From NCBI RefSeq assembly GCF_004010195.1, contig NC_057719.1:34027981-34091980 (forward strand): a stretch of 64,000 nt of DNA, written 5' to 3'. Position numbers and translations under genes: made by a program. Origin of the DNA: Chiloscyllium plagiosum. Its lineage: Eukaryota. This document shows positions 24,876-38,883 of the stretch, piece by piece. The notes below the pieces were generated by a model that was given only the letters and a program-made list of their open reading frames with translations, did no database searches and had not been told where the DNA came from. Position 1 is the first letter of the stretch, and the number at the start of each line of letters is the position of its first letter.

Positions 24876-25149
24876 AGTACTTTATTGCTGTAAAGCTTCT
24901 GAGATATTCGGTATTCTCAAAAAGCATTATCGAAATGCAAATCTTTCCTTTATTTTAATCAGAATCCTAATAGTTGTTTGTGGATTGTCAGAGATGAGTA
25001 CAGCCTTGCTCAGTTCAGTGTTTCGATCCCGAATACTCACTGCTGCTGCTGAGGCCGACAGCTAAATGGCATGTTATTTCTTTTAATTTTCCATTTTGTG
25101 CGGCGGGAATAGTAGGAACACATTCCCTGGACTAGGCTCTGTCAGGTTT

Positions 25150-25430
25150 CTCCAGTTTAGGACTGAGTTGAGGAGGAAAGTCTTCACCCAAAGGGTTGTG
25201 AATATGTGGAATTTCCTGCCCAGTGAAACAGTTGAGACTACCTCATTAAATGTTTATAAGGCAAAGATTGATAGATTTTTTGAACAGTAAAGGAATTAAG
25301 GGTTATGGGGTGAGAAGGCAGGTAAGTGGAGCTGAGTCCATGAAAAAATCAGCCATGGTCATATCGAATGGTGGAGCATGCTCAGTGGGCCAGATGGCCT
25401 ACTCCTGCTCCTATTTCTTATGTTCTTATA
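25150..25430 (+). mobile_element. CR1 3' end
   Basis: FRTELRRKVFTQRVVNMWNFLP; tail ttcttatgttcttat. Confidence 0.8.
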
Positions 25431-27856
25431 TTCTCCCAGGGCGTCCCTCAGTGTCACTGCTGACAAAGCAACTGGCCCAGATTTGTCCCTGAGCAATCAG
25501 TGAGCTAACTCCAAATGTGCAAGTTATGAAGAGAAGGCCTGGAATCTAGCTTCAGAACATGGATTGGTTGGCTCCTGCTATGCAATGGGACATTGCTGTT
25601 ATTTTCGGGCCCTAAAACAACCAAGAACAGATTCTGTCTCGCTCATTGACATCCCTTTCATTTGATTTACCATTCATTTTCCAGACACATAATCACATGG
25701 CTCCAGGCAAAGTAGGATGGGCAATTCCAGGCTATGCAGCAGAGACAAAAGGTGAAATGTAAAACTGTTAGGGAGCTCATACTTCACCACACTGGTTAGG
25801 CCATCAATTTTACAAATACCTAGAGATTTACTGGAACACTGGAATGAATTTCACAATTCCAATTTTGCAATTCCTAAAACCCAAATCTTTCAAGCTTCCC
25901 ATGAGAACAGATGTTATTGAAGAATCAACTCTCATTACCTAAGTACATCATACCATGATTCTTGGAGTATATCTTTGGGAAGAACCATTGAATGTGGTAG
26001 AAAATGAGCTCTGCCAGTCAGACAGTCGGGTTAAAATTGGGACACATGTTTTATGAAGGGACATAATATATATCCCCATCAACATTTTTTGTTTGTTTCA
26101 TTTTGTTTACACTCAGAATTTTAACTTTTCAGCAGTGACAGAAGTTGTTCTGCTGAGAACCTTGAAGTGTCATCATGAGCAGTTTGCTGCAAAAACCCAT
26201 CTTTTCCTTTTGAGGGTGATCTGTAATTCTTCAAGGATGTTGACTTTCTGTCACAAGTGAAATTAATGGGATTTTCTTTCTACTGCTAGAAGCTTGCTCA
26301 AAACAGGAGAGTGAAATCTTGATTTTACAAATATAGCCTCTAAGATGCCTGCACAAATATACCTCTGTGAAGGCTAGTTGAACCCTACATTCACTATCTG
26401 AAGAAAGTCAATGCTAAAATCATAATTTAAGAGCAAGATAATGAGATAAAACCGACCTTTACTGGCTTCTTTTGTGTAGTATGATTCTATGATTTTATTT
26501 GATTTACAGTAGCAACAGTTGTACCTGCTTCATGTAATATCTTAATGGCTGCTACAAAGTAAACCACTCCAGTCAAGCTCGAGGTTACAAGACTAAGGCA
26601 ACCCAGCAAGTACATTATGTACAATTACATTTCCTCAATTTTACATTGACACCACTTAAAAGGAAATCTGTCTGCACAATTAGTTTTAGTTAAAAGTTAC
26701 CCTGGTTAACCAAAAATCATGGTTAACAAATAATATTATCACTCATTTTTAAAACTGTGTTAATTCTAATCAGCCCCACTTTCATCAGTCTCTGCACACG
26801 TATTTCATCCTCTCATGAAGAGAGTGAGTGGTTGGTTTCAGCTCATTTGATATTTACTCATTCTTTGCCTGGGATATATCTTTCAATGGGGATTTCTTGT
26901 TCAGAGCAAGACACTTAGCTTTCAGTTTCAATGGGTGCAAACTTCTCAGCCCCTTACTGACATAGGCTTGGCAAGAATGTTTGGAAAATCAGGTGGGATA
27001 TCCAGTCCCCTGAGCTACACAATGTCAAGAGCAATAAATTCAGTTTCCAACTAAATGTTGAAATGTGAAACAGACACTCATTAGTAAGTGGTGAGAGGCT
27101 TGTTTGGATGTATTAGCATGTATTAATATACCATTATTACTAAATCTCACCTCATTAATATTCAGTTCTCATTCATTTACCTGCCAAATGGAAACAACAC
27201 ATTAGGAATTCCTGACATGAAAGTTAATGTGGTTACCTGATGACTTTTTCACTGCCTGTTCCTCCATCTTTCCACCTTGGACACTCTGACAGTAGAAATT
27301 GCATGTAAACTATGTCCACAGACCTGGGCATCTGATACGTACCAGACTCACCACACCATTATTGGGTAGGGTAAGGGGGTGGGTCAGGGTTAGATGCTCT
27401 TTGAAGGTTCAATGTGGACCCAATGGGCTGGTTGGCCTGCTTCCACACTGTAGGGATTCTATGATTCTCTGATCTACCTACAATATTGTTCTGCATTTCA
27501 ATGCTGTACCTTAATGTTCAAACAACGCCTTTCATTGGAGAGCTCACAGGTTCCCAGCTGATTGACTGACTGGGTTGAAACTGGAAACAATTTACAAAGA
27601 CACAGGCAGAGAGAGAGAGAAAGACGTAGAAAGGTGTGCTGTTCTCGTTCCAGCTGAAGCTACCTGCTCTCTGCGGTAAAAGAAAATGCAGTTTAATCTT
27701 GAAGACAACTAGTTAGCTTTCCTGCAATATTTGGTGGTGAACTGTAATTTTTGAATTAATAAATCAGAAACATTTCCCCAAATGAATCAGTTACTCTATA
27801 CATCTTACAAACCAGTAGAAAATTTCAGAGAAAGACAACTGAGCATAAGGCCCTGG

Positions 27857-28170
27857 ATAGAATCCCTACAGTGTAGATGGAGGCCATTTGGGCCATCAAG
27901 TCTACACTGACTCTTCAAAGAGCATCCCACCCCATTCCCATAACCCCACATTTACTGTGGCTAATCTACATAGCTCACATATCCCTGGGCCCTACACAGT
28001 AAATTGGCATGACCAACCCAACTAACCTACACAGCTTTGGACTATGGGACAAAAGCAGAACACCTGGCAGAAACAGGGAGAATAAACAGACAGTCAAACA
28101 AGGCTGGAACTGAGCCAAGACCCCTGGCATTATGAGGCAGCACTGCTAACCACTGAGCCACTGTGCCATC
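27857..28170 (-). mobile_element. HE1/V-SINE
   Basis: Reverse-complement similarity to 6308-6564 (gaggcagcactgctaaccactgagccac). Confidence 0.8.
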
Positions 28171-29399
28171 TCAGTTGAAGATAGATCATCTCAACATTGG
28201 AACTGGGAAGCAAAGAGGACAGAACTGAGCTTCCAGCTTTTTCTCAGCCTTCCCCAATAATCTATTTTCCTTTTGTTTGCTTGTGTGTGCATATCTGTAA
28301 GGAGGAGTTTATAAGGAGATTAGAGTTTTAGTTAGTCATGTCATATACCAACGGTTTATATCTGCCTACCAGTAGCTAAAGTATAATCGCTTGTAATACA
28401 TGACAATTCTTGTTTAGTACAGTAACTTGATTCTGTTTTATATCAAAATGGTCTGAAACGTCTGTGAATTGGGATACTGTGCTCTGTTTTTAAAAAAATA
28501 ATATTTAGTGTGACACCAGGAATAGCAAGACTTGATTTTCAGATTATCCCAATGTTCTAACAGTGCATGTCATTGTGCAACATTAATCTCACATCCACAC
28601 CACCATGCATATGCCAAATACACTTCATTTATTTCAGCAAAAAGCCACATCTCAAAGTCTACAGGGAGCAGTTCTCAATCAACTCAAACGAAACATGAGA
28701 TACTGGCACAGAAACTCGAGGGCAGCCTACAATCTCAGTCCAGGGGCTTGAGCATGGTCAGTTGAATGCTTGGAGCAGTCACATTCAGAAAGACTGATTC
28801 ACACTCTAAAGTCCAGTCAGCCCTATAGATCCACAGTCAGTCCTGGAGTCCAGTAAAGCAATGGGGACATTATCAGCAGTCAGTGGTGTTGGAGGACATC
28901 TGTGAAACATAGCTGAGGGGATTTGAGGCAGCATGCTGTCATCTCGAGATGATTACAGCTGTGCAGGAAGTCAGTTCAGTACATAAGGTGGGAGACAAAA
29001 GAACATTGAAAGGTAAGTGGTAAGCGGGAGAGAGTGTCATTGACATTCATTAGAATTTTGGCTTCCCTGGGTGGCCTGTGCATGGCTTTCTTTGGCATAT
29101 TCACTTAACCACACTGCCTGGGGCATGAGGTCTAAAATGCAAGTTGAAGATTTAAATAGACAGGTTGAGTTGGGACTTGGAGAAGTTCAAAGTCTATCAG
29201 TTTTGGGGAGGGTGACTGAGAAGGGCCATGTGTATATCAGAGGTTTCACCAAGCATCAAAGGTTGAACCTGAGAGTCACTGTTTGATGAGTAACTGCTGT
29301 TTCCTTCCATTGTGTTATAAATACCAAGTGCACAGTGGAGCTGAAAATGACCACCACCACAACCAGAAGCATTCGTTCATGCAGCTAATGATGAAAAGG

Positions 29400-31150
29400 G
29401 AACATGTAGAAACAAATGTGAGAACATCCTCGCAATAACGTATCACCATACCACCTCTGTGCCTTCAAAAGGTCTTTTCCTGTCTTTTCCCCCAACCATA
29501 TCTCAGTGTAGTCCCAGTGTTGAGGGACCCTGTCCTATATTGGAAACTGTTGGCTTTGGAGTGTTAGTAGGGCAATCCTGGGGCCGTTTATGTTTACAGG
29601 ATTCAGATACATGGAGTCCATCTTGCGCAGAGGTATGTGTGCCCCACCTTGTCTTGACTTGTTATGGTTCTGAGGGTGGCAGGCAGGTTGAAGATGGAAG
29701 ACCTAGCCACCTCTGGAGACCCCCCCCGAGAGAAGAATTCTGGGACCTATTCATGGTTCTTCCTCTGGCAGGTTGCCTACTGCCACCACCCTGTCTCCAT
29801 GTGAGGAATGGCCATCTGGAGTAAGTCAGAAATCACACAAAACCAGGTTATAGTCCAACAGGTTTATTTGAAATCACAAACTTTCAGAACGCAGTTCCTT
29901 CGACAGGTGAAGTGACTGCACCTGGCGAGGGGGTTACACACTGTAAGTTTGAGATTCCAAATGAACTTGTTAACTATAACCTGTTGTCATGTGATTCCTG
30001 AATTTTTCCACTCCAGTCCAACACTGTCACCTACACATGTAGTGTAAGGTCAAGGTTCATTAGCTCCCTATGTCATTAGTTTTGGTGCTGAGCACCAATG
30101 GCCAGACCAATGTGTTGTGGGGTTGTGCATATATTATACAAACTCTGAGGCTGCTAGACCTGTCCGTGGAGTCAGCCTGGCACTTGCCGTGTGAGGCATC
30201 TGGGTCTCAATGACATTGCTGTAGTCCCGCACTTTGTGTCAGGTTATCTAGTGCCCCAGACAAACCTTCTAGCTGCTGCTGTGCCAGGTCATACATGTCA
30301 ATGAAGTGACAAAAAGCCAACCCAATAGGGTTCACTCCTGCTTCGGGTTGAGCAGTTCTGGTTTCTGGCAGTCCTCCAAGTGCCAACAACCAAAATGTCT
30401 CCTTCAGAAATAAATAATGCTTCTCACTTGGTTGCAGGGTCCGGTCTCAGGTCCTTTCTTCATAGAGGGTAAGGAGTTAAATGTCAAGTCCCAATGCTCC
30501 TCGTGTTATTTATACCCAGCTATTGGCCATTTTTCTCCTGGATTGAGACAAAAGGTGGGATTGCGTGAGATAAGAATGGATGATACAGCTGTTAGTGCTG
30601 GTGTATGTGGGGGTAAGGTGCTGCGGTGATCTGAGTGAGTGAATAGGCGGCATAGAGGCCATGTGGGGTTAGTTCTGTGGGAGGGTAGTGGGTAGCTGAA
30701 AGTGAGAGAGGGAAGACATTATTTGTAATAATGAAAGTGATAGAACATGAATCTTAGTTGATAGCAGAGATAGTGCAAATATTAGTCAGCAGAGAGAGAG
30801 GATGGTGCACTTGCCTGGATGGACCGAAAAAGGTCATTGACCTTCTTGTGGCATTGCTGGATACTTCTCTAGATAATTAAGACTACATTGACCCTGAGTG
30901 GTAGCCTTTGACTAGGCTGGCAGACTCTGCTGTCATGACCTTGTCTACTAGTCCTGGGAAAAGGAGACAGTCCTCTTCTGCACCTCAACAAGTCCATCAG
31001 GACCTTCAGGTCCTTGTCTGAAAAGTAGGGCAACTCTTTTCCCTTATTTGTCAGGTCTGGAGCAAGCTCAGACTGACAGAGCGTGATCGGGTGCATAACA
31101 GCCTATCAAATATGGTACGCTTCAAGCACAATAGACTCAGAGGATGTCTG
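29400..31150 (-). mobile_element. Harbinger-type Myb/SANT-like DNA-binding gene remnant
   Basis: Minus strand PYFSDKDLKVLMD....RR...FP (ORF 30869-31096) and IQQCHKKVNDL near 30830-30865 match Myb/SANT-like proteins of PIF/Harbinger elements; the lower boundary is uncertain. Confidence 0.6.
29822..30010. mobile_element. Fold-back PLE insertion, type-D family, decayed
   Basis: accaggttatagtccaacaggtttatttg (reverse of the type-D tail) followed by a forward copy ..aactataacctgttgtcatgtga. Confidence 0.6.
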
Positions 31151-31225
31151 CATTATCTACCTGGTTTTCTTGTACTGCCTGGTAGTCATCCATTCCCTCT
31201 CTGCCAGTCTGCTTCTAATCTGAGA

Positions 31226-31833
31226 TGTGACCACACACCCTCAAAATATTCAGAAGAGAGTCTAGACCCTAACATTTTCTTATTTTAAAGGTAAATGCAA
31301 GGTGTTACATTCCAGCTGCAATTCAATTGGATTTAAAGCAAAACACACTTTATCCATCCACTAAAGTTAAGATACAACAAAAAAAAGAAGGAATTGGAAT
31401 AACTTAAACTCTATTAGAAAACTTAACAGAGTAATAGATTATTTACCTATTACTAAGTAACTGTTCCAATATAGTAACATCCCATAAACACAATTTTGGC
31501 ATAAGGCAAATTCAGAAAACAGATTGTCTCACAACAGATTGTCTCACATGCGATTCCAATACCTTTGGCTTTCAAGAGAAGGAAAAAAATAGCTTGCACA
31601 TCTTTAAGATCCTAACAGCAACTGCTGATAACTTAAACTAAACATTTTGGTTCTGTGGGAGCTTAACAACACCTATTCAAACTGTTTCTATTGTTCCAAC
31701 TTTAAAAAAAAAACATGGCCTCAGCAGCTGTTTACTCTGATGGCTCTGGTAGATTGCTTATTGCCTCTGCCTTAAAACCTCTCTTCAGAAAAAAAGGACA
31801 AAATACACCTCAGAAAACCACGGTATCATCACA
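31226..31833. mobile_element. Possible solo LTR
   Basis: tgtga...tcaca termini and LTR-like composition; no TSD found. Confidence 0.3.
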
Positions 31834-34199
31834 CCACCTCCAAGTACAGCCCTCTGCCTCACAGATGCATAACAGTGGCTGCAGCCATTACCGAAGTCTC
31901 AACGCCCACAGCTAAGCTTGGGCAGCCAGTGACAATTCTTGCAGATGTGTCTGTTTTGATGGATGGTTTACCCAGGATGTCACAGATACTATAGGATGTA
32001 CACTTCATTTAGTACTTCTAACCTGCCATCCCATAACTCTAATAGCTATTTGTTACACTTAAAAAAAGTTTGAACTTACTATGAAAACTTAATAAACTAT
32101 TTTCAGAAAAAGTAAGTTAAAACAGGCTACAGACATCAATTCAAACTAAATATAACATTTGCTCTTCAAAAGTTAAATATGTTGCCCAAAACTATTCAGC
32201 AATCAGCTGCTTTCCCTTTGCTTGTGATATCATGTCATTACTTGGCTTGGTGCAGTTAATCTTATTAATCCACACTCTTGCTTCTTCTCCCTCTCACCTC
32301 TCACTCTGGAGAATATATTTCTTGCAGTGTATCTTAATTAAAGTAATGCTTACCTCCACTGCCCCAAATTTTTTACTTTAACCCAAATTTACAGTTACTC
32401 ATGCTACACATTAATGTATAATACAAACAATTGGAGGGCAAAGGCTTGGGGAAGGTGTATCTGAATGGGTTAGTATGGGGGAGTATTATAAGCAGCACCC
32501 ACCTTGATGATATCATATTCTTAAAACAGCTAAGGATCTCAGAGGCATGCTCATTATAACAATGTCCATCACATTAATTTAGTATTTTAAAGAGTTGTTA
32601 GCATGAAAGAAACTACTACTTATTCAATTCAAGAGCCTCTTATAGTTGGACGAATAAGAGTTTCCCCTTCCACATTACATCCCTGCACTTAAAGAGGAAT
32701 GGTTGCAGCAAACCTACCTCACGCTGTGGAGCAGACTCAGCTTAGCTGCAAATAGAACAGGCACAGCCAGCATAGGGTTTAAATCATCTCCCCAAGATTT
32801 TCAAGAGCTATTGAGAACTCTCCGGCCATCCCTGGAAATGGATGGTTTTGTTTTGTACACTGGCAGATATGGAAATATATATTTTACATCTATTCTATTG
32901 AATTCTATATAATTGTAAAGACCTCTATAAGGTTGCTCTCAATCTTCCTTTTCTTGGAGAAAACAGTTCTATAATTTTCTACCTGATGGCAGAAATAATG
33001 GCTGTGATAATTAGTTTCAGAAAGGGTTGAGCTGACTTACTTCATCCAATTGCCAACATGTATTTCCCCAACTCCCATCCTTCTAAGCCAGTACGGTTAC
33101 TCTCATTCCAAGAAGATCAGGATTGCACCTGTTTATATATGTACCTCACACTTTCTCCCAAGAGTGTTTGGTTTACCTTCCAGAAACACAAGGAAAAGAA
33201 TAAATGACCCCACTAAGCAGTATTATTTTTGGTCTCTTATTCAATGAGGTGGTGAATTGTTTCAGCTTATATCCATTTATAACAGATAGGAAGCAACACT
33301 GCATCCTGGACAAATTACAGAAGAGTAACCATCTTTAAAGAAGTTTAAGAAAAAAAATGCGACTTTACACTGAAAACCAAATCACTGCCCTCATAAACTA
33401 AACTGAACGATTTGTCGATGGATAAGAATTAAACCGTAACAAAAACCGAATATATTGGAAGTACTCAGCAGGTCAAACAGAATCTGTGTATCAGGCATAA
33501 ATTTAATATAAATAATGAGAGTCTCCCCTACTGGCTGGAGAATGAGCTGAAGCCCTGCATTACCTTGTTTTGTGAATGCTTACTGCTGTAAGTACCAAAG
33601 TATCCTGGTCATAAAAATCCCAACCTCTGAGAGCTGCCGCCCAATTTGGACCTTGCAGCTTCCCATTATTTATCAGGACCACTAGGGAGGGAGTGGATGC
33701 TACCAATAATACATCCACCCAAAACCAAGGGTCTCAGGGCCCAGGTGAGTGATATTAAGGGGGTGGGGGGGGTCACATAGGGTAGCATGGAAGTAGGTCA
33801 GCAGCAAGGGCCATGGTTCCTGGATCAGGCACTGAGTGTCTTTGAAGGACGGATCCAGCTTTTGGAGCTCACAATTAACACTGACAGGGTTTGTTTTTTT
33901 GGATTTCCCACACGTCGAGGCCCCCTTTCATTACTGGATTAGTGACAGCAAAAGTTTTCCCCCTTAAGGCCCTTAAGTTAGTATGAATGGCCTATGTAAG
34001 GGCATCAATTTGGCAGTGAGGCAGGAAGACCACCATGAGCCCTATCCACTACAAGCATCATTGGCGATGTAAAGGTGACAGAGCTCCACATGCTACTCTC
34101 TCAAACTGACTAAATGTCACCCCAACCTCAAACCCACCCCAGACTGCTACCCACCTGACGAGAAGCCAAGTTTGTCCAGTCAGGTCACCGATAGATGTC

Positions 34200-35262
34200 A
34201 TCACATAGAGTCATAGAGATGTACAGCATGGAAACAGACCCTTCGGTCCAACCCGTCCATGCCGAACAGATATCCCAACCCAATCTAGTCCCATCTGCCA
34301 ACACCCGGCCCATATCCCTCCAAACTCTTCTATTCCCATACCTATCCAAATGCCTTTTAAATATTGCAATTGTACCAGCCTCCACCACTTCTTTTGGCAA
34401 CTCATTCCATATACGTACTACCCTCTGCATGAAAAAGTTGCTCCTTAGGTCTCTTTTATATCTTTCTCCTCTCACCTTAAACCTATGCCCTCTAGTTCTG
34501 GACTCCCCCATCCCAAGGAAAAGACTAACTCTATTTATCCTATCCATGCCCTCATGATTTTATAAGGTCACCCCTCAGCCTCCGACACTCCAAGGAAAAC
34601 AGCCCTAGCCTATTCAACCTCTCCCTATAGCTCAAATCCTCCAACCCTGGCAATATCCTTGTAAATCTTTTCTGAACTCTTTCAAGTTTCACAACATTTT
34701 TCCGTTAGGAAGGAGAACAGATTTGCATGCAATATTCCAACAGTGGCCTAACCAATGTCCTGTACAGCCGCAACATGACCTTCTAACTCCTGTACTCAAT
34801 ACTCTGACCAATAAAGGAAAGCATACCAAACACCTTCTTCACTATCCTATCTACCTGTGACTCCACTTTCAAGGAGCTATGAACCTGCACTCCAAGGTCT
34901 CTTTGTTCAGCAACACTCCCCAGGACCTGACCATTAAATGTATAAGTCCTGTTCTGATTTGTCTTTCCAAATCGCAGCACCTCGCATTTATCTAAATTAA
35001 ACTCTATCTGCCACTCCTTAGCCCATTGGCTCATCTGATCAAGATCCTGTTGTAATCTGAGGGAACTTTCTTTGCTGTCCACTACACCTCCAATTTTGGC
35101 ATCATCTGCAAACTTACTAACTATACCTCTTATGCTCCCATCCAAATCATTTATATAAATGATGAAAAGTAATGGACCCAGCATCGATCCTTGTGGCACT
35201 CCACAGGTCGCAGGTCTCCAGTCTGAAAAACAACCTTCCACCACCACCCTCTGTCTTCTTCC
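34200..35262 (-). mobile_element. CR1 LINE RT and 3' end, well preserved
   Basis: ORF 34783-35274 RRQRVVVEG...GVPQGSMLGPLLF.IYINDLD...SKFADD; ORF 34185-34547 is the C-terminus; tail ctatgactctat. Confidence 0.95.
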
Positions 35263-35664
35263 AGGAGAACCCAATTTTTAAAGTTTTCCAAACTGTACTG
35301 GGCCACCCATCTCTCAATCCTGTCAGCACCCATTCCACTGCTATGTCTCTGCTGTAATAAGTAGGCAGATCTTACTCAGCAAATAAAATCACAAGATTTT
35401 ACATACAAAACACTTTGGATAAACAAAGTCAAAAGGTGTGGCGCTGGAATTTGTTTCTGTTCAATACAGTGTCTGCACGATGCCAAAGGTGGATAATATG
35501 TCAATCCTTTCAACACGGTTGGTTTCCTTGTTCAGGAGACTGAAGCATTGAATAAGGAGACATCGCTCAAGTCGATGCATACACCTGGCAAAACATTATA
35601 GTTATAAGCATGCTCACTTATAAGTTGCCATCTCAGAGTCAAGAGAATTTGTGGCTCAATGTGG

Positions 35665-36400
35665 GCCCAGCACGAAGGGATTTGGGAGTCCTTGCACATA
35701 AATCTCAAGAAGCAAGCATCCAGGTTCAGCAGGTAATAGGGAAGGCAGATGGAATGTTGGCCTTTATTTCAAAGTGAACGGAATATAAAAATAGGAAGTC
35801 TTGTTAAAACTATGCAAAGTACTAGTATTATTTCACAGCTGGAATACTGTGAATAGTTTTGTGCAAAGGAAGATATATTGGCACTGGATGCAGTCCAGAG
35901 GAGGTTCATTAGACTGATCCTGAGTGTGGAAGGACTGTCTTTTATGGAGACATTCAGTTAGTTGGGCCTGTATTCATTGGAGTTAAGAATGAGAGGCAAC
36001 CTTATTGAAATATATATAATCCTTAGGGGGCTTGGCAGGTTAGGTGTGGAATATATATGACCCTTAGGGGGCTAAGCAGGTTAGATGTAGAATGTGGAAT
36101 GGTTGTTTCTCCTTGTGGCAGAGTTTAGGACAATGGGATCTCCAATTAAGGGATCACCCTTTTTAAACAGTTATGGCAGTGAATTTCTTCTCTCAAGGTA
36201 GTCAATCTGTGGAATTCTTTACAACAGAGAGCTTACGAGACTGCATCATTCAGTACATTCAAGGCTGAGATAGGTTTTTAATCAGTCAGGGAATCAAGAG
36301 TTATGAAGAAAAGGTAGGAAATTGGAGTTGAGGATTGTTAGATCAGCCGTGATCTCATTGAATGGCAGAGCAGTCTCGATGGGCTGGCTTATGGTCCCAT
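35665..36400 (+). mobile_element. CR1 3' fragment, decayed
   Basis: RDLGVL...GMLAFI..LEYC...QRRF...LYSLE motifs with frameshifts; internal duplication of about 40 bp near 36010-36090. Confidence 0.8.
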
Positions 36401-37325
36401 CAGATTGTAAACTGGTGTAGTGTGTTAAATTCAACACAAATCACAGCTGGATGTTTTTCTTTTCTTGCTGATTTACTTAAATTTCTAGCAGTAGTTTACT
36501 TAACGTGAATGCTGCTGTAATTTGGACACTGACAACTTTTTTCAATAACTATCTTTCTAAGAGAATTAGTAATATTGCGCTGCTCAAGAATACACAGTAA
36601 ATAAAGGATGTCATAAAGTGCTGAAGAGGAAAGCATCTATAACAATAGCTTACAAGGTAAAAGAAAATAAAATGTATCATTATCTTTTTATTTTTGTCTT
36701 TGCCCTCACTCACTTTGAATTTAAACCTATAAAAGGTTTAACCCTCCCCTACATTTTTATAACATACATGGGCATAAAATTCACCAAAGTAATCAAAGTT
36801 AAATTCAGACTTTTTGATGAAGCGTAAGAAATACTCAATATCACATTAACTTGCAAACAAATAAAATATTTTATTAGACTGAAAGCTCCACAACTGAAAA
36901 TTACAAGGAGGGACTTTAACTATACAAAAGACAGTAAATTTTACATTTGTGCTGCAGCCAAGGAGAAGTTGGTACAGTAGATTGTTGGAAAGAGAGCGTA
37001 GAGGGAATTCGACTGATGAGAATCTACAATGAAAGGAAGTTGGCCACTTTGAGCCATTAATGTCTGGCACATCAGCCAGTTATGCTGCCAGATTGTGGTT
37101 CCACTAGAAATAGGACAATGTTGGCATTGACTACCAGAGAATCATACAGGGCAATTGTATTGCAGTTTAAAATATACAATCGTGCTCAAATAAACCAAAC
37201 CTGATCAAACATACAATCTTTGATGGAAGCATTAATTTATTCTCTTAAAATCTATGAGCCAAAATGATCTAAAAGTTTGGGTATAAGGCAGCTTCCAGGA
37301 GGAGCTCTCAGAGTTTCATGCCTAA

Positions 37326-37395
37326 GGACCTGATGAAGGATTTCGGCCCAAAATATTGACTTTCCTGCTCTTCAGATGCTGTCTGAATTGCTGTA
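37326..37395 (+). mobile_element. Tiny PLE terminal fragment with degenerate hammerhead
   Basis: cctgatgaaggatttcggcccaaaatattgactttcctgctc. Confidence 0.55.
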
Positions 37396-38725
37396 ATCTC
37401 AGAACCTGTGCAGATTACCAATGACATGATCCATTACATGTAAGCTGCAGCATATAAAACAAGAACCAACTTTGTGATCTTGAAGCAAGTGCAGCTGGGC
37501 TCACATCACATGGATGTCTCTGATGCCAATGGAGTGGGAAGTTGGACTCTTTGGATATCATAAGGACACTTATCCAGATACTTTAAATAAGCTCCATCAG
37601 GACATGGGAACAGATGCAGGAAAGGATGGCACACATTGAGGTGTATCAAACAGATGGTACTAAATTTCATGCCACAAATTTGTTTTTCAGTTATTCCTCA
37701 CCCATGCCAAGTCCCTTTGAAACTTCTTACAGCTCTGACACACATGTTCCTGTTTACCTAAACTCAACAGTGCAGACAACCAAAGTGAAATGTACAGAAA
37801 ATAAAAACTTTGCTGCATGTACATGTTCAGACATCAATGCATTAAACCACAGCTTTGTGTCAAACTACTTACAATGACTGACACAAGCTGCCCAACAGCT
37901 CAGGCACATGCCTGTTAATGTGGTTACAATCCCTTAGCTTATAATATATCAACTACCTTTTTACTTGCACAACATGTTGACATTAAAATTAATAGAATAT
38001 GTCCCAATTGGAGCTAGGCTTACAATCACAGGTAACTCCTAGAACCTAGAATCAAAAAAGGAGATCACAACAAATCTCTTTAAATGCTAGACCTGGTTCT
38101 GCCCCTGTCAGAAGTCATGACAAAACTTGAGAATCACTATCTGGTGAAGAAGCCTGTGATTTACTAGACAGGAGGGGAGTTCAGGAGCTCACTCAGATAC
38201 CAAACCTATGAATAGACTTGTTTCTAGGATAAATTATCGACGTAACATACAATTTTCCCATATAATCAAATGTTAGTTCAGTTGCGTAGCTTCCTTTTGT
38301 CAGAAAAGCTACATAACAGTTTACTTTACACAGCAACAAATGAATTTCAACTTATACATAATAAATCTATTCTCCTTCATCAGTGAAGAATGGTCCTTCT
38401 GATACAGCCAAGAGTTGTTAAGTTGTGGTTTAGATTCCATCTGCATACAGTTATGCTGTATATCATTTCACACAATACAGTCCTGACAATATACTGGAGT
38501 CATATTGGAATCAACACATTAGTTCTGTTTATGTTCCTACAGATGTTTCTAGACTTGCTGAATTTCTCCAGTACTTTCTTTTTTATTATTACAGTTCCCT
38601 AACTGAATTCACTCCAATTCCCCAAACTTAAGTTTTAGCAGTGTCTTTTTCCATTATGAATTCATCATTATGAGTATTAAAAAGCTACATTCTATAGTCT
38701 CAATGGCATTTCCATTCTACCACTA

Positions 38726-38883
38726 CAGAACAACCTTGATTATCCAAACAAAATACTCCCTGCCCGTCTTGTTCGGATAACTGAGAATTCGGATAACAGA
38801 TTGTTCGGATAATGGATAGCGTTTTTACAGGACTTTGAGATCTTGTTCGGATAATTGATGTTTGGATAACTGATGTTGTTCTG
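38726..38883. mobile_element. Tc1/mariner-pogo (Tigger-like) MITE
   Basis: TA on both sides; imperfect 25-bp TIRs cagaacaaccttgattatccaaaca and tgtttggataactgatgttgttctg; internal ttcggataa repeats. Confidence 0.8.

Noticed and set aside
25020..25075. Possible minus-strand micro-exon ending cagcagca|gtgagt
   Set aside because: A single donor-like site with no supporting frame or partner exon.
29459..29824. 121-aa plus-strand ORF
   Set aside because: Probably antisense to decayed Harbinger-associated sequence; no recognisable motif.
38770..38870. Short regularly repeated ttcggataa motif as an array
   Set aside because: Explained as internal subterminal repeats of the Tigger-like MITE.
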